Source of the DNA: an uncultured bacterium
Lineage (GTDB): Bacteria > UBA8481
Assembly: GCA_964499705.1 (NCBI GenBank)
Contig: CAZCME010000027.1
Location: forward strand, 1-53,857
Length of the DNA stretch: 53,857 nt
Direction of reading: 5' to 3'
Shown here: piece after piece, positions 25,635 through 35,139 of the stretch
How the letters are laid out: the number at the start of each line of letters is the position of its first letter
Numbering within the stretch: position 1 is the first letter of the stretch
Translations under genes and position numbers: made by a program
The notes under the pieces: model-generated
What the model saw: only the letters and a program-made list of their open reading frames with translations
What the model was told of the DNA's origin: nothing
The model's database searches: none

Positions 25635-27734
25635 ATGTTGAAGAACCAGCTGTTCAAGCGGCGGTTGCTTGCCGGGTTTCTGATTTTGCTGGGAATGATG
25701 ACCGTTGCGTATGCGGGCGGGTTTATCGAGCCGAGCGAGGATATCCCCGAGGATTCAAGCGAAGAACAACCGGTTGCGGTACAGCCTGTTGTCTCACCGA
25801 CAGTCGCGTTCGAGCCGGCTTCGTATGAGGCATCATGGATGGATGGACGCATCCGGATCGTCGCATCGACGGTCGTTCACGCGGACAGCTCGAGTTCACT
25901 CCCTGAGTCCATGTCGATCGCTCCGCTTCCCTTCGGGAATCTCGTCATCGAGTCCGCGCGCCTGGATGGAGCCGAAGCCGATCTCATGGTGCGCGACGGA
26001 CATGTTCTCGTGCGCGTTCCCGTGGGACGCCATCTTCTCAAGGTGACCGGAGCGCTCGGTGTTTCGAGAACTCTGGGAGGGCGTCATGCGGAATGGAATC
26101 CTGGGTTGCCCGGTTCCGTGTCGGTCCCGCCGGAATTGCGCATCGACGGCGCGGTGTCTTCAGGCCTCGAGTATCTGCTGTCGGGATCGCCGGTGAAGGT
26201 GATCGTCGGTTCTCGCGCGGGAGGAACGGGCGCGGGGAGCTGGAACGTTTCCCTGCAGGACACGTTCGACGTCTCCGTGGGACTGCTGACTTCGGACGCC
26301 GTGATCGAGTATGAAGCCTTCGGGATGGCGCCGGAGACATTCGCGGTTCGATATCCGGTGAACCTTAATGTGATCTCGATCGACGGCGATGCGCAAGCGC
26401 TCGAAGTGGGGGAGGGACGCGCGATCCTGCTGCCTGTATCCGATGCTGGCAGAATCCGGATCAGGGCGGAAGGCGCGATCGCGCGGGATCGGCTCACGCT
26501 TGACGGGCTCGACATCGAGGGGGCAGGCCGCAAAGAAATCGTGTTCGGCGTCATTCCTGCGGCGGAACTGTACCTGGATCCCAGGGAGCAAACAGGGCTC
26601 GTTTCCGATCCAGCCGGCTATCGCGTGGCATCGTGGCCGTATCGATACGAGGCTGCGCTGACCGGCGCCGACGTGGCCGAGGGGCGCGGGCCGTCGATCG
26701 GCAGCGCGGATTACACGGTCTCCGTTCTGGATGACGGACGCTGCTTCGGGGAAGTGAGCGTGTATCTGGAGGAACCTCTCGCACAGGTGAGGCTATTTCT
26801 TCCGGAGGGCGCGGAATTGTTGTCCGCGGTTGCGGGGGACAAGGCGGTCGCGCCGGTCCGGGCTGATTCGGGAGTGGTGATTCCCACGCTCAACGCCGAG
26901 GTCGCCACGGTGGTCTATCGGCTCAAGGCGGGAGTTGCCTCCATCGGTTCCTATGATCTGCCATTGCCGCGCATCGAGCCGACCGTGCGGTCATCGAGCC
27001 TCGACCTCTGGACGCCGAGCGGCACAGTGATCTTCCGAGCCGACGGAGCGTGGATGGAGCGGGATGGACGAATGTCGGTGCTGGAGATGCTGGACGAGAG
27101 CGGGCATTTCATCGGGCAAGCCTGGGCGCTGATTCTGAAAGTTGCATTCTGGATCATTCTTTGCGGCGCGGTCGTGTGGTTGCTGATCTTTATCGCAAGG
27201 CAAAGAAAACTGGCGCTGGCGATGGCACTCGCAGCGACCGGGATCCTGATCGTCGTCTTTGCGATGATGTTCATGCCCCTCTTTGACATGGGGAGTCACG
27301 TCGGCAAGGAAACGATGGGCCATAACCAGGCCGCGCTGTCGGGCGGCATTTATGGCGGGGACGACGCTCCGGCGGAAATCGCGGATAAGGTTGCGGCAAT
27401 CCCCCTGGCATCATCCTCGCGGCGATCGGGCGGGTATTCCATCCTCATGGAAATCCCGACAGAAGGCGTGCAGCAGACGTTCGAATCGATCGAGCCGTTC
27501 GAAACGGGGCCGCTGCATCTGACAGTGGCGCATCGCGCTCTCTGGTCGGTCCTCATCATCCTGGTCGTCGCTTTCTGCGGGTTCCTGCTTTTTCGCAGGC
27601 CGGGTCGGATACCGATTGTGGCGGTAACGTTCGCATTCGCCGATTCCGTCATACCGGGCGCGTTCATCGCATCATGGGGAGGCATGGCGGCCGCGGCCGT
27701 CGCACTTATTGTTCGGAGGTTAAGGTCATCATGA
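25635..27734 (+). CDS. Large hypothetical membrane protein
   Basis: 699 aa; signal peptide, beta-rich body, C-terminal TM helices. Confidence 0.75.
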   Translation: MLKNQLFKRRLLAGFLILLGMMTVAYAGGFIEPSEDIPEDSSEEQPVAVQPVVSPTVAFEPASYEASWMDGRIRIVASTVVHADSSSSLPESMSIAPLPFGNLVIESARLDGAEADLMVRDGHVLVRVPVGRHLLKVTGALGVSRTLGGRHAEWNPGLPGSVSVPPELRIDGAVSSGLEYLLSGSPVKVIVGSRAGGTGAGSWNVSLQDTFDVSVGLLTSDAVIEYEAFGMAPETFAVRYPVNLNVISIDGDAQALEVGEGRAILLPVSDAGRIRIRAEGAIARDRLTLDGLDIEGAGRKEIVFGVIPAAELYLDPREQTGLVSDPAGYRVASWPYRYEAALTGADVAEGRGPSIGSADYTVSVLDDGRCFGEVSVYLEEPLAQVRLFLPEGAELLSAVAGDKAVAPVRADSGVVIPTLNAEVATVVYRLKAGVASIGSYDLPLPRIEPTVRSSSLDLWTPSGTVIFRADGAWMERDGRMSVLEMLDESGHFIGQAWALILKVAFWIILCGAVVWLLIFIARQRKLALAMALAATGILIVVFAMMFMPLFDMGSHVGKETMGHNQAALSGGIYGGDDAPAEIADKVAAIPLASSSRRSGGYSILMEIPTEGVQQTFESIEPFETGPLHLTVAHRALWSVLIILVVAFCGFLLFRRPGRIPIVAVTFAFADSVIPGAFIASWGGMAAAAVALIVRRLRSS

Positions 27735-29797
27735 AAAAATACTTCGGTCACACCATATCGGGTGCGCTTTGTATTCTGACGGCCGGGACCTTCATCGCGG
27801 CCTGGGCGGCGGGGGAAGTGTCGATACCGCTGGACGAATGGAACACGCTGCAGAAAGAAGTCGAGACGCTGCGGACGGACGCGAAGAAGAAGGCGCCGGA
27901 TCTTCCTCCGGATGCGGCGATCTCGTCCGCGTCCTATTCCGCACGGCCGGTGCGCGGTGGATTGAAGATAACCGCGAAACTTTTCGTCATCGCTCTCGGG
28001 AATGGAAAGACGATGTTGCCTCTTTTCGGAGGCACGGCGGCGGTGACATCCAGCGTGCTTCCGACCGGCTGCGCGCTCTCGGCGGGAACCGGCGGGACGG
28101 CCCTGATGGTGCAGGCACCGGGCCGGTATGCGATCGACTTGGAGCTGGTCGCGGCGGGTGAAGGGACATCGGTGGAGTTCGGACTCCCGCGCGCCGGCGC
28201 GAACCTGTTCCGGATCGCTCTGCCCGGAGCGACGGCGACCGCGAAGATCGAGCCGTCGGTGGGGATCACGAGGACATCCACGGGAGGAGTGACGACACTG
28301 GAGACGGTGCTTCCTCCGACGGATCGGTTGAAGGTGGAGTGGTCATCGGTGGGCGGCGCGATCCAGCAGGAGCAGGGCGAGGGCCGGATCTATCTCACGA
28401 CGCATATCGCCACGATGATCGAGCAGGAGACGATCCGCGGGCGAACGCGGCTGGATTATGAAGTGAAGGGAGGGGTCGCGTTCGAGTTCGCGCTGCGCAT
28501 ACCGCGCGATCTCGCGGTCGCCGATGTGACGGGAGATGGGATTTCGCACTGGAAGGTGGAGACAGGCGAGGAGGAATCGCTGCTTGTCATTCATCCGCAA
28601 TCTCCGCTCGCGGGAGCGGCGCGATTCACGATCTCCTGGGATGCTCCGCTTTCGAGCTCATCGCAGATCGCGGAGATTCCGCGGTTTCGCGGAGTCAAGG
28701 TGGCGCGCGAGGCGGGCATGATCGGAGTCGCGGCGGGTGAAGCGACGGAGATCGGCTCCGCGGAGGCGGGCGGCGTCGTGTCGCTGGATCCTCGCACGGC
28801 ACCGAAGGCTCTTACGGAGATGATCGATCGACCATTGACGTATGCGGGACGATTTTCGAGCGAGTCGTGGTCGGTGAATGTGGCGGTCCGCAGGCTGGAA
28901 GCGGTGGACGTGGTGGCGGCGCGGATCGAGGAGGCGATGGGAGCGAGCGTGCTCCTGCCGTCAGGGCGGATCGTTCACCGGTACGTGGCGCTCGTTCGGA
29001 ATTCCACGGTCGATTTCCTCGACCTTCGTCTTCCACCGGGATCGCGCATCTGGGGAGCCGCGGTGGGGGCGAAGATCGTGCGGGCGATCCGGGGGCAGGA
29101 ACCGGATCAATACCGCCTGCCGCTGGCGCGGGCTCAGTCCGCCGAGGCGGGAGGAACCGTCTTCGGCGTCGAGATCGTTTATTCCGTCGACCGGGACGCG
29201 AATTTCGCCGGCGGGCAGATGGAGATCCAGCCTCCGATCGTATCGCTCGACGCGGGACGACAGGCGTGGGCCCTGCATGTTCCACCCGACTACAGCGTCG
29301 CGGGCACCTGGGGGAGCGGGGACTGGGAGGCGGCCGATCCGACGGAATGGAGCGTCGTCGCGGATTCGCTCCGGAACGCGGGGCATGACGCTCCGGCTTC
29401 TTCGCTCGGATTCCCGACGGAGGCGCTGGACGGGCCGGTGAGGATGTTCACGCTTTCGTCGAACGATGCGAACATCGATCCTCGATCCGTCTCGCTGTTT
29501 TTCCTCACGAATAAATTCAACGTGATGCTTGAGGTACTGGTGCTTCTTGCGGGACTCCTGGGGATGTATGTTCCGCTCCGCCATCTTGCATTTCCGCGGC
29601 GCCTGCGTATTTGTGTCGTGGCGATCGCGGGCGCGGCGATTTTCCTGGAGCTCGTGTTCGGGGGCATGCTGGTGCGCCTGTTGCAGGGATGTGGTGGCGG
29701 GCTCCTGCTGGCCATCGCGTGGCACCTGATGAAGCGGGAAGAGCTGGCCGTGTTGAAGACCGCGAAGCCTGAGCAGATGACGGGGGATTCCGCATGA
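27731..29797 (+). CDS. Large hypothetical membrane protein with similar architecture to the upstream gene
   Basis: ATG 27731 overlaps the upstream TGA; signal peptide, LRLPPGSRIWGA segment, C-terminal TMs. Confidence 0.75.
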   Translation: MKKYFGHTISGALCILTAGTFIAAWAAGEVSIPLDEWNTLQKEVETLRTDAKKKAPDLPPDAAISSASYSARPVRGGLKITAKLFVIALGNGKTMLPLFGGTAAVTSSVLPTGCALSAGTGGTALMVQAPGRYAIDLELVAAGEGTSVEFGLPRAGANLFRIALPGATATAKIEPSVGITRTSTGGVTTLETVLPPTDRLKVEWSSVGGAIQQEQGEGRIYLTTHIATMIEQETIRGRTRLDYEVKGGVAFEFALRIPRDLAVADVTGDGISHWKVETGEEESLLVIHPQSPLAGAARFTISWDAPLSSSSQIAEIPRFRGVKVAREAGMIGVAAGEATEIGSAEAGGVVSLDPRTAPKALTEMIDRPLTYAGRFSSESWSVNVAVRRLEAVDVVAARIEEAMGASVLLPSGRIVHRYVALVRNSTVDFLDLRLPPGSRIWGAAVGAKIVRAIRGQEPDQYRLPLARAQSAEAGGTVFGVEIVYSVDRDANFAGGQMEIQPPIVSLDAGRQAWALHVPPDYSVAGTWGSGDWEAADPTEWSVVADSLRNAGHDAPASSLGFPTEALDGPVRMFTLSSNDANIDPRSVSLFFLTNKFNVMLEVLVLLAGLLGMYVPLRHLAFPRRLRICVVAIAGAAIFLELVFGGMLVRLLQGCGGGLLLAIAWHLMKREELAVLKTAKPEQMTGDSA

Positions 29798-29828
29798 TGA
29801 AAGGAAGAGTCGGGAGGAAAGCGGACTC

Positions 29829-30836
29829 ATGAGAAAATTTCTTTTCTGCATCCTCGCGCTATTCTGTGTCGCGTCGTCGTCGTTCGCTCAATTCAATCCC
29901 CCACCACACCAGCAGAACGATCCGCATCGCTATCCGGATCCGAATCGAAATCCGCGGCAGCCGTATCGACCGCCCACTTCGCCGCCGATAAGCCCGCGCG
30001 GACCGCAGCAGGGGAGCGGGCCGTGGCAGAGGGATCTCGTGATCCGATCGAGCGCCGATGGAAATCAATTCGGCGAGGAGCGCGTGTTCATCGAGGCGGG
30101 CGGAGTGCCGAGCGCGATCCGGCATCCCGACGGGCGACTCCTCGTGACATTCCAGTGGTTTCCCCTGGATCGCGCCGACCAATTCGACAAGGTGGCGGTG
30201 GTGATCTCGAACGATGACGGCCTGACGTGGTCGGCGCCCGTTCCCATCGTGATCGAGGGCATGCCTTTTTCCTATACACGTGCGTTCGATCCGACTCTTG
30301 CGGTGACGGATGACGGCGGGATTCGCGTGTATTTCTCCAGCGATCCATCCGGCAAGCGAACGATGAGTCCGAACATCGGCACGCACTCGGCGCTCTCGCG
30401 GGACGGCATTCACTACCAGTTCGAGACGGGAGCGCGAATGACCGTGCCGGGGGATCGGGTGATCGATCCGGCCGTCTGGAAATTGAAGGACACCTGGCAC
30501 CTGACGGCGCCGATCAGCACGACACCACTCTCGGGGGCGTATCATGCCGTATCGGCGGACGGGCTTCATTTCCAGCGGGTGGCGGACATTCTTTCCGTGA
30601 ACCGGGAGAACTGGACAGGGAACCTGGTGGGATATGGGCGGGGAATGCGATTCTATGGCGGAGGGCGTGACGGGATCTGGTGGTCGTACACGGAGGACGG
30701 GCGGACCTGGACGAGGCCCGCAACGACGGGAATCGCGGGAGGAGATCCGACGGTAGTGCAGACGGGCGCGGGCGATTACATCATCATCAGTGTCGGGGAC
30801 GAAATTCACAGCGACCGCAAGCGCCCGGGCGCGTAG
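29829..30836 (+). CDS. Secreted BNR/Asp-box beta-propeller-like protein
   Basis: Signal peptide; repeated SxDGxxF/W motifs (SADGNQF, SNDDGLTW, SRDGIHY, SADGLHF, TEDGRTW). Confidence 0.7.
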   Translation: MRKFLFCILALFCVASSSFAQFNPPPHQQNDPHRYPDPNRNPRQPYRPPTSPPISPRGPQQGSGPWQRDLVIRSSADGNQFGEERVFIEAGGVPSAIRHPDGRLLVTFQWFPLDRADQFDKVAVVISNDDGLTWSAPVPIVIEGMPFSYTRAFDPTLAVTDDGGIRVYFSSDPSGKRTMSPNIGTHSALSRDGIHYQFETGARMTVPGDRVIDPAVWKLKDTWHLTAPISTTPLSGAYHAVSADGLHFQRVADILSVNRENWTGNLVGYGRGMRFYGGGRDGIWWSYTEDGRTWTRPATTGIAGGDPTVVQTGAGDYIIISVGDEIHSDRKRPGA

Positions 30837-30898
30837 CGCCTTAGCGCGGTGGAACCGAAGAGGTAGCCATTCCGCGTAGACGCACTTATGATCATGCC

Positions 30899-32986
30899 GT
30901 GAGACGACTTATATCCATACCGGCGCTAATGATCGGTGGTTTCTGTCTTGCCGCGCATGCCGAGCCGGTACGGACCGATCATGTCGAAGTCGAGCTTGTT
31001 TCCGAGGTGAGAACCGTCCGGTCCGGGGAAGCGTTCTACGTCGGGCTCCGGATGAAGATGGATCCTGAATGGCATACCTACTGGCAGAACCCGGGGAGCT
31101 CCGGCGAGCCGACATCGATCGAATGGACGCTGCCTGAAGGATTCACGGCTTCGCCGATTCGCTGGCCGGTTCCCCGGCGGATCGAAATTCCTCCGCTTGT
31201 CTCGTACGCGTATGAAGGGGAGATCCTTCTGCCGGTTCAGATCACTCCGCCCGATACCATTCCTGCCGGCGTCCGCGTGAGGATCTCCGCGCGCGCGAAG
31301 TGGCTTGTCTGCAAGGAATTGTGCCTGCCGGGCAGGGCGAACGTGGAATTGAATCTCCCCGTTGCGAACGACGCAGGCGATTCGGATCCGCGATGGATCA
31401 GTATGTTCGAGACAGCCAGAAAAAATCTTCCGCGGAGACTTGAGGAGTGGGGAGTGACGGCGGAGCGGATCCCAGGCGGATATCGCCTGGCGATCGAGCC
31501 GCCACGGGAAGCGGAATGGAAGCGCGGCGCGTATTTCTTCGCTTCGGATCGAGGAGTCATCGATCCCACCGCGCCGCAAAACATGATCACGGATGACCAT
31601 GAACTGGTGCTGGACCTGGCGGGTTCGGCTTATGCATCGGGATCGAGCTCGCGCCTTACGGGGGTCCTCTGGAGCGACGAGGGATGGGATACGCAAGGTA
31701 ATGTGAAAGCCATGGCCATCGATGTGGATGTGCGCGAGCCGAATGCTTCATCCGTCGCGCCCGGTCGCGGCTCGTCCGCAAGTTTACCGGTGACCATCGC
31801 GCTTGCATTTCTCGGCGGCCTGATCCTGAATCTCATGCCGTGCGTCTTCCCGATCCTCTCCATCAAGATACTGGGATTCGTCCGGCAGGCCGGAGAGGAT
31901 CACGGTCGCGTGCGAACGCACGGACTCGTCTTCGCGGCCGGCGTCATGATCTCGTTCTGGATCCTGGCCGCGGTGTTCCTGGCGCTGCGGTCGGTGGGGC
32001 AGGAGATCGGCTGGGGATTCCAGCTTCAGTCCCCGGGATTCGTGATCCTCATGAGCTTCGTCTTCCTGATTCTCGCGCTGAATCTCTTCGGCGTTTTCGA
32101 ATGGGGGGATTCTCTGATGGGAGTGGGAGGGACGCTGGCTCGGAGAGCGGGCTATGCCGGCTCGTTCTGGGATGGGGTTCTCGCGACGCTGGTTGCGACG
32201 CCCTGCACGGCTCCGTTCATGGGCACGGCACTGGGCGTTGCGATAGTCCTGCCCGCGCTGGAAGCGTGGCTGCTGTTCACGGCGCTGGCGCTGGGGCTGG
32301 CGGTTCCGTATGCGATCCTCTCCGTCTATCCGGGATGGGTGAAATCGCTGCCAAGGCCGGGACCATGGATGGAAACATTTCAGCAGGCGATGGCGTTTCC
32401 CTTGCTTGGCGCATCCATCTGGCTGGTGAGCGTCTACGCTCAGCTGACGGATGCGAGCGGCGCAACGAGGCTTTTGACGGGGCTCCTGCTGGGCGCAATC
32501 GGCGCGTGGATATTCGGGAGGTGGGCCTTACCTGACCGCACGCGGGGCGTGCGAATCGCGGCGCGCGTCATCGCGCTTGCGTTTGTGCTGGGCGGCGCCG
32601 CGAGCGTGGCGCGACCAGAGGGGACGGTCGCGTGGGAAAAGTTTTCGCCGAAGCGCGTGGCGGAACTGCGCGCCGAGGGGCGACCGGTCTTCATCGATTT
32701 CACGGCGGCGTGGTGCGTCACGTGCCAGGTGAACAAGGCGACAACGCTTTCGACGCGCGAGGTCGAGGAAGCCTTTCGCGAAAAAAATGTCGCGATGCTG
32801 CGGGCGGACTGGACTCGGAACGATCCGGAGATCACGCGCGCGCTGGAAGCGCTGAACCGAAACGCGGTACCCGTGTATGTGTTGTATCCTCCCGGATCGG
32901 AAGCCGTGCTCCTGCCTGAGATACTGACACCCGGGATCTTGAAGGAAGCGCTGCTGTGGAAAACGAAAGATGAGGCGGATGACTGA
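30899..32986 (+). CDS. dsbD: Protein-disulfide reductase DsbD family
   Basis: WHTYWQNPG, VCKELC, LNLMPCVFP, ATPCTAPF, DFTAAWCVTC thioredoxin domain. Confidence 0.9.
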   Translation: MRRLISIPALMIGGFCLAAHAEPVRTDHVEVELVSEVRTVRSGEAFYVGLRMKMDPEWHTYWQNPGSSGEPTSIEWTLPEGFTASPIRWPVPRRIEIPPLVSYAYEGEILLPVQITPPDTIPAGVRVRISARAKWLVCKELCLPGRANVELNLPVANDAGDSDPRWISMFETARKNLPRRLEEWGVTAERIPGGYRLAIEPPREAEWKRGAYFFASDRGVIDPTAPQNMITDDHELVLDLAGSAYASGSSSRLTGVLWSDEGWDTQGNVKAMAIDVDVREPNASSVAPGRGSSASLPVTIALAFLGGLILNLMPCVFPILSIKILGFVRQAGEDHGRVRTHGLVFAAGVMISFWILAAVFLALRSVGQEIGWGFQLQSPGFVILMSFVFLILALNLFGVFEWGDSLMGVGGTLARRAGYAGSFWDGVLATLVATPCTAPFMGTALGVAIVLPALEAWLLFTALALGLAVPYAILSVYPGWVKSLPRPGPWMETFQQAMAFPLLGASIWLVSVYAQLTDASGATRLLTGLLLGAIGAWIFGRWALPDRTRGVRIAARVIALAFVLGGAASVARPEGTVAWEKFSPKRVAELRAEGRPVFIDFTAAWCVTCQVNKATTLSTREVEEAFREKNVAMLRADWTRNDPEITRALEALNRNAVPVYVLYPPGSEAVLLPEILTPGILKEALLWKTKDEADD

Positions 32987-33013
32987 GCCTGGATTTTCCG
33001 GTACATTGCCAGC

Positions 33014-33742
33014 ATGAAGACATCGATCAGTTTCAACTCAAGAATTTCGGCTCACGTTTCGGGTTTCTCTCTTATTGCCGTCATCTCCGTCATCTCCGTC
33101 ATCTCCGTGACGGGCTGCGGCCAGGCCGCTCCACCGCCCGCCGTCGAGACGGCCGCTCCGCCGGCCAGCCAGCCGGCCGCCGAGACGATGACCATGGCGG
33201 CGAGCGATACAGCCGCGATGGATTTCGAGCTCATCGATACGCTTGGCAAGACGCATAAGCTTTCGGATTACAAGGGGAAGTTCGTCGTGCTGGAGTGGGT
33301 GAACCACGGATGTCCGTTCGTGAAGAAGCACTACGGCGCGAAGAACATGCAGGCTCTGCAGAAGCGCGCCGTCGACAGCGGAGCCATCTGGCTCTCGATC
33401 TGCTCGTCCGCGGCGGGCCAGGAAGGGACCATGACAACCGAGGAGTGGAACAAGACGATTGCCTCCACGGGAACATCCGCCACGGCGGTATTGCTGGACG
33501 GCGACGGCAAGGTGGGGATGGCCTACGGCGCGCGCACGACGCCGCACATGTTCGTGGTGAGCCCCGAGGGCGCGATCATCTACAAAGGCGCGATCGACGA
33601 CAAGCCGACGGCGGATCCGGCGGACATCCCGGGCGCGAAGAATTACGTGGCCGCGGCGCTGGATGAAGCGATGGCGGGTCAACCGGTGACGATGGCTTCC
33701 AGCGAACCCTACGGCTGCTCGGTCAAGTACGCGAAGCCCTGA
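33014..33742 (+). CDS. Redoxin/thioredoxin-like lipoprotein
   Basis: Lipobox VTGC; LSDYKGKFVVLEWVNHGCPFV, YGARTTPHMF, YKGAIDD, PYGCSVKY. Confidence 0.88.
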   Translation: MKTSISFNSRISAHVSGFSLIAVISVISVISVTGCGQAAPPPAVETAAPPASQPAAETMTMAASDTAAMDFELIDTLGKTHKLSDYKGKFVVLEWVNHGCPFVKKHYGAKNMQALQKRAVDSGAIWLSICSSAAGQEGTMTTEEWNKTIASTGTSATAVLLDGDGKVGMAYGARTTPHMFVVSPEGAIIYKGAIDDKPTADPADIPGAKNYVAAALDEAMAGQPVTMASSEPYGCSVKYAKP

Positions 33743-33764
33743 ATCCGGCGAGCGAGAATCCCTC

Positions 33765-34151
33765 ATGCGTTTTCTCCACACGATGATCCGGGTACGCGAT
33801 CTCGAAAAAGCGAAAGCATTCTACACGCTGCTGGGAATGGAAATCATCCGTGAGACGGAGTATCCGGCCGGGAAATTCACGCTCGTGTTCCTGCGCTTTC
33901 CGGGCGACGCGGGGGGCGAGATCGAGCTGACGTGGAACTGGGAGCGCGAGAAGGATTACGAGCAGGGAGACGCGTGGGGGCATGTCGCATTCGCGGTGCC
34001 GGACATCCACGCGACGTGCGAGCGACTGCGGGCGCAGGGCGTGCGGATCACTCGGGAACCGGGGCCGATGAAGCACGGCACGACCGTGCTGGCGTTTCTG
34101 GACGATCCGGACGGGCACAAGATCGAGCTGATCGAGCGGAAGCAGGATTGA
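33765..34151 (+). CDS. gloA: Lactoylglutathione lyase (glyoxalase I)
   Basis: MRFLHTMIRV, IELTWNW, GHVAF, REPGPMKHG, DPDGHKIELI. Confidence 0.92.
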   Translation: MRFLHTMIRVRDLEKAKAFYTLLGMEIIRETEYPAGKFTLVFLRFPGDAGGEIELTWNWEREKDYEQGDAWGHVAFAVPDIHATCERLRAQGVRITREPGPMKHGTTVLAFLDDPDGHKIELIERKQD

Positions 34152-34185
34152 CCGCTCTGTAAGAAAAATCCGGGTCCTAGAATTT

Positions 34186-34968
34186 TCAGAAGGCCGAGTA
34201 TGTGAGGCTGATGCCGCCGCCCCAATCCGGGACACTGGACGTGAAGCCAGCTCTCAGGAATACCGAGCCTTTCGTATGCTCGTCCAGCGGAGCGATGTAG
34301 TAGACGGTGGCTTCCGCTCGACCGGCGATCCCGGCGCTGGCTCGCTCCTTGAGATCGAAGTATGCGCCGACGCTCTCCTTATCTGCCCAGGCGTAATCGA
34401 TTCCGATGCGGCCGTACGCGGTGTTGTTCAGATTGAGGCCGGCGGGATCGCCGACAAATGTGTAGCCGGCGTGCCCGAAAGCGGTCCAGTCCTGCATGAC
34501 CCTGGCGAAATCGAGCTGCAAGGAGTAGTCGTTCTCTCCGGTGCCGAGACCGCGCGATTCATCCGCGGTGCCGAGCTTCACGATTCCGGTGGGCGTGATG
34601 TACCAGTTGGATTCGAAATCCCATATGGCTCTGTAACCAAGCGAGAGCAGCACGTCGCCTATGCCGGAGCTTGTGTTGACGACGGGACGCGCAGGGGGCC
34701 TGTTCACGAGCGTGGGGTTGCGGCCTCCTGTTACGAGTTTTCCGGCGCCGGTGTTGGATATGGAAAGAAACGGGATGGAGAGTTTCCCGACGAAACGATC
34801 GCGGACGTATTCGGCTTCGAGCGGAACATACCAGATGCCTGTATGAGTGGGTGTGCCGTAACGGCCGGAACTGTAATCGAGGGACAGCGATAGATTGAGA
34901 TGATCTTCCGCCCGCGCGTTCAGGCAGGTAAGGAGAAGCGCGACGAGCATGAAGAGCCTGCAGGCCAT
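34186..34968 (-). CDS. Putative outer-membrane beta-barrel protein
   Basis: Signal peptide, SGIGDVLL, GLGTGEND, alternating beta strands, C-terminal Phe. Confidence 0.65.
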   Translation of the reverse strand: MACRLFMLVALLLTCLNARAEDHLNLSLSLDYSSGRYGTPTHTGIWYVPLEAEYVRDRFVGKLSIPFLSISNTGAGKLVTGGRNPTLVNRPPARPVVNTSSGIGDVLLSLGYRAIWDFESNWYITPTGIVKLGTADESRGLGTGENDYSLQLDFARVMQDWTAFGHAGYTFVGDPAGLNLNNTAYGRIGIDYAWADKESVGAYFDLKERASAGIAGRAEATVYYIAPLDEHTKGSVFLRAGFTSSVPDWGGGISLTYSAF

Positions 34969-35139
34969 TCGGGAATCGTATCGGATTATTGCGTCGGGTG
35001 GATGAGAAATTGACGTGGGTGCTCATCCGAGAAAATCCATAACCACGAACCACACGAACCACACGAAATGAAGATGTGACCGGGGAAATGGGATCAATGG
35101 GGAATTCTCAAGAAGTCGCAGCTACGATCCCGGAAACTT

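Noticed and set aside
33077-33108. 9-bp tandem repeat (CCGTCATCT)n in the redoxin signal region
   Set aside because: In-frame VIS repeat with no effect on the reading frame; unremarkable.
35041-35067. Short AACCAC(AC)G tandem repeat in an intergenic gap
   Set aside because: Only three short copies and no supportable function.
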